A stretch of 64,000 nt of DNA from an uncultured Acidobacteriota bacterium. Its GTDB lineage: Bacteria > Acidobacteriota > Terriglobia > Acidiferrales > UBA7541. Both the position numbers and the translations under genes were made by a program. Positions 48,162 through 55,651 of the stretch are shown in pieces. The stretch covers positions 14,263 through 78,262 of the forward strand of contig CAWHGI010000011.1 of NCBI GenBank assembly GCA_963828865.1, read 5' to 3'. Position 1 is the stretch's first letter. The number at the start of each line of letters is the position of its first letter. The notes under the pieces are model-generated. The model had not been told where the DNA came from, searched no databases, and saw only the letters and a list, made by a program, of their open reading frames with translations.

Positions 48162-49214
48162 TTGAACACGCCCATCGTTAGCGTCGTCGTTCCTAATTAC
48201 AATCACGCGCGCTTCCTTCGCCGGCGCCTCGACTCGATCCTCGCGCAAACCTTCCAGGATTTCGAGCTGCTCCTGCTCGACGATTGCTCGACTGACGAGA
48301 GCCGCTCGACCCTTCGCGAATACGCCAACGATCCCCGCGTCCGCCTCGATTTCAACGACGCCAATTCCGGCAGCACCTTCAAACAATGGAACAAAGGCGT
48401 CCGCCTTGCACAGGGGAAATACGTCTGGCTCGCTGAATCCGACGATTATTCCGACCCGCGTTTCCTCGATCGCCTCGTCACGTTGCTCGACGCCGACCCC
48501 GAGGTTATGATTGCCTATTGCCGCTCCTGGCGCGTCAGCGACAACGACGCTGGTGCCGGCACCGGCAGCGATGCCGGCAGCAGCAATGCAAACCCGCGTG
48601 AATTTGCGTACCCACTGCTGGACGCTCCGGACCTGCCGCGCTGGTCCGCCGATTTTTGCGCTGACGGCACGGAAGAATGTCGCCGCTATTTCGTAATAGC
48701 GAATCTCGTGCGTAACGCGAGCTCAGCCGTCTTTCGTAAAGCCGCCTACGAAGAGGTCGGTGGCGCGGACGAAAGCTTGCGTCTCTGCGGCGATTGGAAG
48801 CTCTGGGCCTCCATCGCACTCCGCGGCAAAATGGCCTACGTCAGTGACCCGCTGAATTACTATCGCCTGCACGCGGGAAGCGTTTGGGGCCACAGCCGCG
48901 ATGGCGCGCTGGAAACCGCGGAAGTTCTGCGCGTAATCCGCTGGATAATGGACCAAGTAACGCCCACGGACGCCGCGCGCAAAAGGACCTGCGAGAGGCT
49001 TTCCCAGGGCTGGGTGATGGCGCTGATGAGCTCTCACGTCCCACTGGAAAAAAAGAAAGCGATCCTCCGCGACGTCCGCGCGATTGACTCGCACCCCATG
49101 CGCCATGTGTTGCGTCCGGCGATGGCAACTGTCCGCATGAAAATCAGCCGCCTTTGGCGCGACCTGCATTCCCCGGCCGCGCGCGCTCATCAACCACCGC
49201 GGATCGCCCCATGA
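48162..49214 (+). CDS. Family 2 glycosyltransferase
   Basis: TTG start with a GAGG RBS. VSVVVPNYNHARFL...LLLLDDCSTDES...WLAESDD. Confidence 0.8.
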   Translation: MNTPIVSVVVPNYNHARFLRRRLDSILAQTFQDFELLLLDDCSTDESRSTLREYANDPRVRLDFNDANSGSTFKQWNKGVRLAQGKYVWLAESDDYSDPRFLDRLVTLLDADPEVMIAYCRSWRVSDNDAGAGTGSDAGSSNANPREFAYPLLDAPDLPRWSADFCADGTEECRRYFVIANLVRNASSAVFRKAAYEEVGGADESLRLCGDWKLWASIALRGKMAYVSDPLNYYRLHAGSVWGHSRDGALETAEVLRVIRWIMDQVTPTDAARKRTCERLSQGWVMALMSSHVPLEKKKAILRDVRAIDSHPMRHVLRPAMATVRMKISRLWRDLHSPAARAHQPPRIAP

Positions 49215-50248
49215 GCGCAGCTCGCACCCCCACATCGCCGAGCCGGAAAGTTTCCGCCGTCCGCGTCGAAGATCACGCGCAACTCGCCGCCGGTTTCCGC
49301 GCAGCGCTCCAGCAGCTTCCCGGTCTGCTTTCGAAAACTCTTCCGCGCCAAGTCGTCATCAAGCCGAATCTTTGCGATATCACCCCCTGGGAAACTGGCG
49401 TAACCAACGACCCACGCTGGGTCGGCATTCTGGCCGCCGAACTCCGCGCCATCCGTCCCGACGTCATAATCCGCGTGGTCGAATCCGACGCCATCAGCGC
49501 CTACAAAAGCTATCGCTCCTGCGAGGAAACTTTCGATCGCCTCGGATACGCTGCCGCCGCGCACGAAGCCGGCGTCGAACTGGTCAATCTTTCCCGTGCC
49601 GACAACATCGAAATCCGCCTAGACGGCATTCCGCAAGCCGTGCGCATTCCGCAGCTCCTGCTCGAGGAAATGTATTTGATCTCGATCGCCAATTTGAAAC
49701 TCCACGGCTATGCGCGCATCACCGGCGCTCTGAAGAATTGCATGGGCTTGATCACGGATGCGGAAATCTCGTCCCTTCATCCTTATCTTTCCATCCTCAT
49801 CAGCCGCCTGCATAAACTCTGCCCTCCGGACCTCTCGATCATTGACGGCCGCGTTGGCCTCGAAGGCGGCGGTCCCATCATCGGCAGGCCTGTGCGAATG
49901 GACACGATTCTCGTCGGGAACGACGCGCTTTCGGTGGACGAAGCCTCCTCGCGCCTCATGGGAATTCCGCCCAGGCAAGTCGCGCATCTCCGTCAGACCG
50001 CCAAGGACTTGAAAAGACGTCTCGGCGAATTCGAAATCGTCGGCGATTTTCGCCCACGCGAATTTGTTTTCGATGGCCTGCGCATTCATCCTTCAATTCA
50101 GACCAAATTCGCGAATCGCCGCCTGCACCAGCGCATGGAAGCTCTCTCCAATCGCTGGATTGATCGCGCCTACCGCTTTCGCGATGATCCGCTCACGTTC
50201 GCCAAGGAAGCCCTCCCCAAACTCCTGGGAGGCCGTCGTGGGCGATAG
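49211..50248 (+). CDS. DUF362-domain protein
   Basis: ATG 49211 overlaps the GT2 stop (ATGA). VVIKPNLCD...VVESDA...KLHGYARITGALKNCMG is typical of DUF362. Confidence 0.65.
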   Translation: MSAARTPTSPSRKVSAVRVEDHAQLAAGFRAALQQLPGLLSKTLPRQVVIKPNLCDITPWETGVTNDPRWVGILAAELRAIRPDVIIRVVESDAISAYKSYRSCEETFDRLGYAAAAHEAGVELVNLSRADNIEIRLDGIPQAVRIPQLLLEEMYLISIANLKLHGYARITGALKNCMGLITDAEISSLHPYLSILISRLHKLCPPDLSIIDGRVGLEGGGPIIGRPVRMDTILVGNDALSVDEASSRLMGIPPRQVAHLRQTAKDLKRRLGEFEIVGDFRPREFVFDGLRIHPSIQTKFANRRLHQRMEALSNRWIDRAYRFRDDPLTFAKEALPKLLGGRRGR

Positions 50249-51245
50249 GCTCAAGCTCGGAGTCGTGGGCGCGGGCGTTGTCCTTGAGCGCTATCACATT
50301 CCCGCAATCAACGCGGTTCCCGAAGTCGAGCGCGCGATCGTCATTGACGCGGACTCCGAACGCGCGCGTAGTGTAGCCGAGCGTTACAACTTTCCGCGCT
50401 ACAGCACGGATCTCGCCGAACTCGTTCGCCACGCCGACCTCGCGATCGTTCTGGTTCCCAATGGCCTCCACGCTTCCGTCTCCGCCGAGCTTCTCGCGCA
50501 AGGCATTCACGTCCTCTGCGAGAAGCCGATGGCCCGCAACGTGGACGAATGCCTCACCATGATCGAAGCCGCCCGCCGCGGAAACGCGCAGCTCTGCATC
50601 GGCCACAATCGCAGGTTCCAGCAACACATGAAGCTCGCGAAACAGCTTCTCGGAAAAGGTCTGATCGGAGAAGTCGTGGGCGTTCGGGCCGAAGAGGGCA
50701 GCTCCAGCGATTGGCCTCGTTCTCCGGCTTACTTCGATCCAGCGCTGTCTGGCGGCGGCGCGCTCATGGACGTCGGCATCCACTCGATTGACTTGATCCG
50801 CTGGTTCGCCGGCGAATTCGATCAGCTCGAATACCATGGAAACGGCAGTTCGACAGCAGTCGAAAGCGATGCCCAGCTCGATTTTTCTCTAGCAAACGGT
50901 GCGAAGGGCAGAGTAGTCGCCAGCCGCACCCGCAACCTCGCGCGGAAACTTACTCTCACCGGCACCGAAGGCTTTCTCGAAATCGGCTTGTGGTACCCCG
51001 GCCTGAGCATCCGCTGCGCGAAAGGGAAAGCCTTCCAGAATCACTATCGCCTGGACGCCGCCGTACCGCGACGGCCTCCGCTCGATAGCTCCTTCGTGGA
51101 CCAGCTACGGAATCTGGTGGCGGCGGTCCGTCACGAACAAGAAGTGCTCGTCAATGGACAAGAAGGGATGGCCAGCGTCGAAATCGTTCGCCGAGCCTAC
51201 ACCGGCCAAGCCGCCGAGCCTCTGCTGCGCAATGCCAAGCCCTGA
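50238..51245 (+). CDS. Gfo/Idh/MocA-family oxidoreductase
   Basis: GTG 50238 gives VGDRLKLGVVGAGVVLERYHIPA, and VLCEKPMA is also present. It overlaps the DUF362 stop by 11 nt. Confidence 0.8.
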   Translation: MGDRLKLGVVGAGVVLERYHIPAINAVPEVERAIVIDADSERARSVAERYNFPRYSTDLAELVRHADLAIVLVPNGLHASVSAELLAQGIHVLCEKPMARNVDECLTMIEAARRGNAQLCIGHNRRFQQHMKLAKQLLGKGLIGEVVGVRAEEGSSSDWPRSPAYFDPALSGGGALMDVGIHSIDLIRWFAGEFDQLEYHGNGSSTAVESDAQLDFSLANGAKGRVVASRTRNLARKLTLTGTEGFLEIGLWYPGLSIRCAKGKAFQNHYRLDAAVPRRPPLDSSFVDQLRNLVAAVRHEQEVLVNGQEGMASVEIVRRAYTGQAAEPLLRNAKP

Positions 51246-51268
51246 TCTTGGCAGGCTCGATCGCCACC

Positions 51269-51312
51269 GCCATCTGCGAGTGCGGGAGCTTGCTCCCGCC
51301 TGTGCCGAGCGA
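51269..51312 (+). repeat. REP-like palindromic element, copy 1
   Basis: GCCATCTGCGAGTGCGGGAGCTTGCTCCCGCCTGTGCCGAGCGA contains the hairpin GCGGGAGC-TT-GCTCCCGC. It is followed by a second hairpin GCGAGGC-TTG-CCTCGC. It is about 85% identical by eye to an inverted copy at 60388-60430. Confidence 0.5.
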
Positions 51313-51423
51313 GGCTTGCCTCGCGGGCCAAGGGCATCGCTTCCAATCAGAACGCAATGCCAGTAGAGCGAAAGATCTCGCCGCACGTCCCCATCCCAGC
51401 GCCAGCCTTCCCTCCCGAATCCA

Positions 51424-51457
51424 CGTTGAATTATTCAACGATGTTGGAAAATTCAAC
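51424..51457. promoter_or_regulatory. Tandem operator-like palindromes
   Basis: CGTTGAAT-T-ATTCAACG is a perfect 8+1+8 palindrome (51424-51440). A degenerate copy GTTGGAAAATTCAAC (51443-51457) follows. GTTGAAT recurs at 51832. Confidence 0.35.
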
Positions 51458-51624
51458 CCGGGCCAAGACCATCTCTGCTTCCTCGCGCGCCGTGGTTCCC
51501 TAATTCCCTTCGTTCTGCAACAAAGTTTTTGCACAGCGGATGAAACGCTCTGGCACCTGAGTTGCACTATCTCAGCGTAACTTGTTGCTCGCGTGTGTAA
51601 GTTCAGGGATCGAGAGGCCCAGAC

Positions 51625-51783
51625 ATGTCGCCAGCGAATCAAATAATCGAAGATTCTTTTGAGAAAGCCCGCGCCGCGTTCTTCGGGACCGCAACTGCGA
51701 CTCCGCCACAAAATGAATCTGCAGCCGAGCGCCCCACAACCCAGAAAGATACCTCGCCAGAGGATGGCCAGCCGAAAGCATAA
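51625..51783 (+). CDS. Possible 52-aa small protein (not in the ORF track)
   Basis: MSPANQIIEDSFEKARAAFFGTATATPPQNESAAERPTTQKDTSPEDGQPKA. A GAGAGG motif lies about 10 nt upstream and a strong terminator follows at 51849-51886. I recognise no homology. Confidence 0.25.
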   Translation: MSPANQIIEDSFEKARAAFFGTATATPPQNESAAERPTTQKDTSPEDGQPKA

Positions 51784-51848
51784 GCGAGTACAAATGACGG
51801 GCGGCCCACCCTTCCACCGAACGGCGCGAAAGTTGAATTTTGGGGTGT

Positions 51849-51886
51849 CCCATCCTTCCCGAAGTGTGGGAAGGGTGGGAGCTTTT
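51849..51886 (+). terminator. Rho-independent terminator
   Basis: CCCATCCTTCCC (51849-60) pairs with GGGAAGGGTGGG (51868-79), giving 12 bp with one G-U and a 7-nt loop, then AGCTTTTG. An upstream perfect 11-mer CCCACCCTTCC (51805-15) can pair with the same right arm. Confidence 0.55.
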
Positions 51887-51924
51887 GAATTCCTGCTCCA
51901 GTTTTTCCAATCGTGGCACTGGTA

Positions 51925-52340
51925 ATTAGAAGGTAAATGTGCTAACGTCAGTCGGGGCACTTTTAGGCCCCGCTGAGGACGCCACATGGAGGACGGGGCA
52001 GCGCTGACTGGGACACGGATGGCTGGAGAAGCCGGACGCACGCTCAGGCACCTTTCAGCCGCACCCGCAGACCGCAGCCGACACGTCCTAACGCTTGCCC
52101 GGAACGATCGCGCCGCACACATTTCTAATCGACAATCCAAGATATTAGAATTCGCTGTAACTTGCAGAAAACAAACAACCGCGCCTCGTTCTAATCAACA
52201 ATATTTTCGTGTTGTGAAAGCCGCAAATCCCCCCGCCGGCGCCAGACCACAAGCCCGGCGCCGCAATTCTAATCGCAACAAGACCGCATTCAAAAACGTC
52301 GCCAACTCCCTCAATACAAACGAGAAAACATTTTCTAATC
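51925..52340. repeat. Cluster of six TTCTAAT(C) motifs (four direct, two inverted)
   Basis: Direct TTCTAATC copies start at 52123, 52189, 52267 and 52333, with spacings of 66, 78 and 66 nt. Each is followed by R-(A)CAA, and three are preceded by GCGCC(GC). Inverted ATTAGAA copies lie at 51925-31 and 52144-50. Confidence 0.6.
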
Positions 52341-52437
52341 ACAACACGAATCCAGTTTCCGCGGACGCGGCGCCCGCACCCCGTCGTGCGATGAACGCGT
52401 GTAGAGGCATTTACGCGTCACACGGGAGACGAATTTC

Positions 52438-52466
52438 TTGCGATGAACTAGCCCATGACGTACGAT
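52438..52466 (+). promoter_or_regulatory. Candidate sigma70-like promoter
   Basis: TTGCGA (52438-43), a 17-nt spacer, then TACGAT (52461-66), about 35 nt upstream of ATG 52501. Confidence 0.3.
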
Positions 52467-52500
52467 TCCGTGCATACCAGAGTCATTGGCGCACCCCGCG

Positions 52501-54144
52501 ATGCATACCTTGAAACATTGTTTACTCTGCGTTGTTCTCGCCGGCTCGCTGGTGTGCGCTGCTTCCAGCGGCGCGCAAACGCCGCGCGGCGTTGAGCGGG
52601 CTCCCGCATCGAAATCCGCTCCGCGTTCTCCTGCTGCGGCCGTAATGACCGTGGATCAGGCGATTGATCGCATCATTGCGCGCGAGCGGGATGAAATTGC
52701 GACGATCTGGCGGTTTACTCCCGTGATTGAAATCTACGTTCAGGACATGAAGAAGGGCGCTGACACGGAAGCGGTGCCGGCGGGGGACCACTATTTCCTG
52801 GGCTCTGCGAACCTGGCGAAGGGGGTCGTGGACCATCCGTTTCTCAGCAGCGACAAGGAGCGGGAGAAACACGGGGGCGTGAAGTTCGGGCCTTACAGCG
52901 CAGACACCTTCGCAAAAATGGTGTATGCGGACCCGAACGATTTCGATCGCCAACATTACGAATTCGAGTACGTGCGCCGGGAAATGCTCGGCGACGTGCG
53001 CTGCCTGGTGTTCGATGTGACGCCGCTGCCGGATACGGGCGAAGATCGTTTCGTGGGACGCATCTGGGCGGAGGACCAGAATTTCACGATTGTGCGATTT
53101 AATGGCGTCCACAGCTCGAAAGGAGCAACGAAAGGACGCGAAGTGCATTTTGACAGCTGGCGGCTGAACCTCGAAGGGAGCACCTGGCTTCCGGCATACA
53201 TTTATACAGAGCAATTGGGTGGCAAGGAACGCGGGCTGGTATTCAAGTCGCAAACACGGTTTTGGGGCTATGGCGCGAAAGATGTGCGCGGGGAAGAGGA
53301 GTTGCAGGGAGCGTCCGCGTCCTCGACGCCCAACGCGCAAGATGACGCCGCGGCGAATCGAACGATTGATGAGCTGCTGGGGATGGGCTTGGTCGCGCCG
53401 CGCGGGGAACTCGACCACATCATGGAAATCGTGGTGAACAACCTGGAAGTGACCAACAATCTGGACATTCAGCCGGAGATTCGCTGCCGGACGCTGCTGA
53501 CTTCGACGCTCGAATCATTTTCGATCGGACACACGATCGTGCTGAGCCGCGGTTTGCTGGATGCGTTGCCGGACGAAGCGAGCCTGGCTGCGATTTTGGC
53601 GCAGGAAATGGCCGCGATACTGGCGCCGGCGGCCGCGACGACGACGAAGGCGGATAGGAAGCGCGCCGACGATCCGGGTCTCGCGGGGCTGAGCGAGTCC
53701 GGACACTTCATGTTCAAGTACAGCGACAATGAAATTCAGGCGGCGAACCAGAAAGCGTTCGGACTGATGCGAAATTCTCCGTATAAGAACAAGCTCGATG
53801 GCCCCGGGTTGTTCCTTGAGCAGGTGGGCGGCGAACACAAAGTTCTCACAGCGCTGATCAGTCCGCGCGTGGGCGATCGCGCAAACCTGGGCGGCGAGTT
53901 GGCGGGCGCGAATGCAAGCGGACGAGCGAACTCTGGCCATTTTGTCGCGGTGCGTATGGGCACGCGAGTGAAGCTGGATCCTTGGAGCAACCAGGTCACG
54001 TTGCTCAAAGCGAAGCCCGCAGCGGCGGTCTCTGCGCGGGAATATGATCCGTTTGAACTGTTTCCGTTCTTTCCATTCCTGACGCGCGATCAGGGTGAAG
54101 GTCCTAACGCCGCGACGCACGGAGCGCAGCCGCCCCAGCAGTAA
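52501..54144 (+). CDS. Secreted protein with a degenerate M48-peptidase-like region
   Basis: Signal MHTLKHCLLCVVLAGSLVCAASSGAQ. The segment ESFSIGHTIVLSRGLLDALPDEASLAAILAQEMAAIL aligns to the M48 ...GLL..L.EAELAAVLAHELGHI pattern, but carries QEMAA in place of HExxH. Confidence 0.5.
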   Translation: MHTLKHCLLCVVLAGSLVCAASSGAQTPRGVERAPASKSAPRSPAAAVMTVDQAIDRIIARERDEIATIWRFTPVIEIYVQDMKKGADTEAVPAGDHYFLGSANLAKGVVDHPFLSSDKEREKHGGVKFGPYSADTFAKMVYADPNDFDRQHYEFEYVRREMLGDVRCLVFDVTPLPDTGEDRFVGRIWAEDQNFTIVRFNGVHSSKGATKGREVHFDSWRLNLEGSTWLPAYIYTEQLGGKERGLVFKSQTRFWGYGAKDVRGEEELQGASASSTPNAQDDAAANRTIDELLGMGLVAPRGELDHIMEIVVNNLEVTNNLDIQPEIRCRTLLTSTLESFSIGHTIVLSRGLLDALPDEASLAAILAQEMAAILAPAAATTTKADRKRADDPGLAGLSESGHFMFKYSDNEIQAANQKAFGLMRNSPYKNKLDGPGLFLEQVGGEHKVLTALISPRVGDRANLGGELAGANASGRANSGHFVAVRMGTRVKLDPWSNQVTLLKAKPAAAVSAREYDPFELFPFFPFLTRDQGEGPNAATHGAQPPQQ

Positions 54145-54298
54145 AAAGAACGGTGCTCGAACGCGACCAAATCAGCGCCCGCCGCAACCACATCGTTTGG
54201 TCTGGTTCCCGAGCGAAGTCCTCAATTTGCAAAACCGCCAGTCCGGCACTCCGCCTTTATTCAGCTGCCCAGCGCCCCTGCATTTGCACCTGTTGCCG

Positions 54299-54583
54299 CT
54301 AGTCTGTGACATTCCAGACATAGAGGAACGTGGTGTCGGTGGCGGTGGCCACCTTGCGGCCGGCTTTGCGGGTGGCGCGATTGAGGGCGGAGCGGATTTT
54401 TTCCTTGGACGCGGCAAGGCCGGAGAGAGGGATCTTGAGTGCTGCGCCGTCTTTCAACTGATCGAGATCGTCGAGTATGGTAGTGACGATCTCCTTGTGC
54501 TTGCCGTTGCGTCCCTGGGGAACGTCGGCCTGCACCATGGTTTTAAAGTGCATGGGAGCGTTGCTGTTACGCGAGTTCGGCAT
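54299..54583 (-). CDS. Hypothetical 94-aa protein
   Basis: Strong RBS GAGAGGTG 5 nt upstream and a good promoter-like element. I recognise no domain. Confidence 0.5.
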   Translation of the reverse strand: MPNSRNSNAPMHFKTMVQADVPQGRNGKHKEIVTTILDDLDQLKDGAALKIPLSGLAASKEKIRSALNRATRKAGRKVATATDTTFLYVWNVTD

Positions 54584-54606
54584 GTATCACCTCTCACGAT
54601 GCATTC

Positions 54607-54635
54607 ATTAAACTAACGTACCGCTATCGTATCAA
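54607..54635 (-). promoter_or_regulatory. Candidate promoter for the 54299-54583 gene
   Basis: On the minus strand: TTGATA (54635-30), a 17-nt spacer, then TTTAAT (54612-07), in a locally AT-rich stretch. Confidence 0.35.
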
Positions 54636-54866
54636 ACCGTCAAAAAGTCTGTCAAGTAAAAAATACGAACCGTTATGGCAGCGAGGTCAGTCCGTAGCAG
54701 CCGCAGGCAGTGAGCGGGATACGCTAACGATGAGGCGCGGGACGTGGCGTCGGACTCGCAAAAGGCGCGACTTCGTGGCGAGAAAGCAAACGGCGGAGAC
54801 CAAAAGATTTGACCCGTACGAGCGGAGGCCGGTTACGGTGGATGGCGACGGGAAAGAAGGAGCGTC

Positions 54867-55037
54867 ATGATCAAACGAAAAACAGTTTTCGAACAGGTAC
54901 CGCTGGCGGTTGCCAGAAGGATTGCGGCGGAAGAGCTGAAGCAGAAAGAGGCGGGTTTGAAGAAATCGGGAAGCAATCGCAAGAGCGACGGACGAACGAC
55001 GGCTGCAGTTGTGGCCGGCGCAGGAGCCTCCCTTTGA
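54867..55037 (+). CDS. Possible 56-aa small protein (not in the ORF track)
   Basis: MIKRKTVFEQVPLAVARRIAAEELKQKEAGLKKSGSNRKSDGRTTAAVVAGAGASL. An AAGGAG RBS sits 4 nt upstream, and the stop overlaps the next TTG start (TTGA). Confidence 0.4.
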   Translation: MIKRKTVFEQVPLAVARRIAAEELKQKEAGLKKSGSNRKSDGRTTAAVVAGAGASL

Positions 55038-55240
55038 CAACAATTCTATTCGACGTATTTCAGAAGGAACCGAGTGGGACCGTGTTGTGGCGGGCGGCGG
55101 CGCGGACGATGGAGGAGGCGACGGCGCACGTGCAGAAATTCGCAATGAGCGCTCCTGGTGAGTACGTGATCCTTGACGTGCGGACGGGCAATAAGATGGT
55201 GATTAGTTCCCACGGTTCAACCGGAGCAGCCGCGGATTAA
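55034..55240 (+). CDS. Possible 68-aa small protein
   Basis: TTG start preceded by AGGAG. MTTILFDVFQKEPSGTVLWRAAARTMEEATAHVQKFAMSAPGEYVILDVRTGNKMVISS... The longer tracked ORF (54809) looks like a spurious extension. Confidence 0.4.
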   Translation: MTTILFDVFQKEPSGTVLWRAAARTMEEATAHVQKFAMSAPGEYVILDVRTGNKMVISSHGSTGAAAD

Positions 55241-55263
55241 TGGATCTTTGGACAGGAACGACG

Positions 55264-55503
55264 ATGAGCGACCAAGAAACGAAAAATCGCGAGTGGGAAG
55301 CGGTGCTGCGGGACTTAAAGCAGGAAACCGATCCCGAAAAATTGTCGGACAAGTTGGAGCAGGTGGAGACGTTGATACTCGATCGCCTGCGCGAATTGTA
55401 CCGGAAGGATGATGGCAGCAAGGAGCACGAGGCGTTGAAAGAGGCTCTGTTTACGTTGCGGATCATCAAGCGCGATAAGCTGGGTTTCCCCGATTGGCAG
55501 TGA
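55264..55503 (+). CDS. Hypothetical small acidic helical protein
   Basis: MSDQETKNREWEAVLRDLKQETDPEKLSDKLEQVETLILDRLRELY... The alternative start ATG 55240 overlaps the upstream stop (TAATG). Confidence 0.5.
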   Translation: MSDQETKNREWEAVLRDLKQETDPEKLSDKLEQVETLILDRLRELYRKDDGSKEHEALKEALFTLRIIKRDKLGFPDWQ

Positions 55504-55585
55504 ACGAATACGAATAGCCTTCCTGAAGTTTCAGCCGAAAACAATACCGCGGTAGCGTTTTGAATTTGCCTGTGGATCGCAAAAG

Positions 55586-55614
55586 CCCCACCCTTCAACT
55601 GCGGAAGGGTGGGG
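55586..55614 (-). terminator. Rho-independent terminator between convergent genes
   Basis: CCCCACCCTTC (55586-96) pairs with GAAGGGTGGGG (55604-14) around a 7-nt loop. The T-tract (CTTTT) is on the minus-strand side, so it mainly serves the RDD gene. Confidence 0.55.
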
Positions 55615-55651
55615 CACCCAATCGTGTTCTTAGTTCGCGCTGAGCTGCTTC

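Noticed and set aside
51151-52140. 329-aa minus-strand ORF spanning the non-coding region
   Set aside because: Its composition is rich in Arg, Cys, Trp and Ser. It runs across REP hairpins, palindromes and a terminator, and it overlaps the end of the oxidoreductase gene. It looks like a chance open frame.
52100-52350. The TTCTAATC array as a CRISPR array
   Set aside because: The conserved core is only about 8-14 nt, the flanks are degenerate, and the units are few and irregular (66, 78 and 66 nt). No cas genes or leader are visible in the window.
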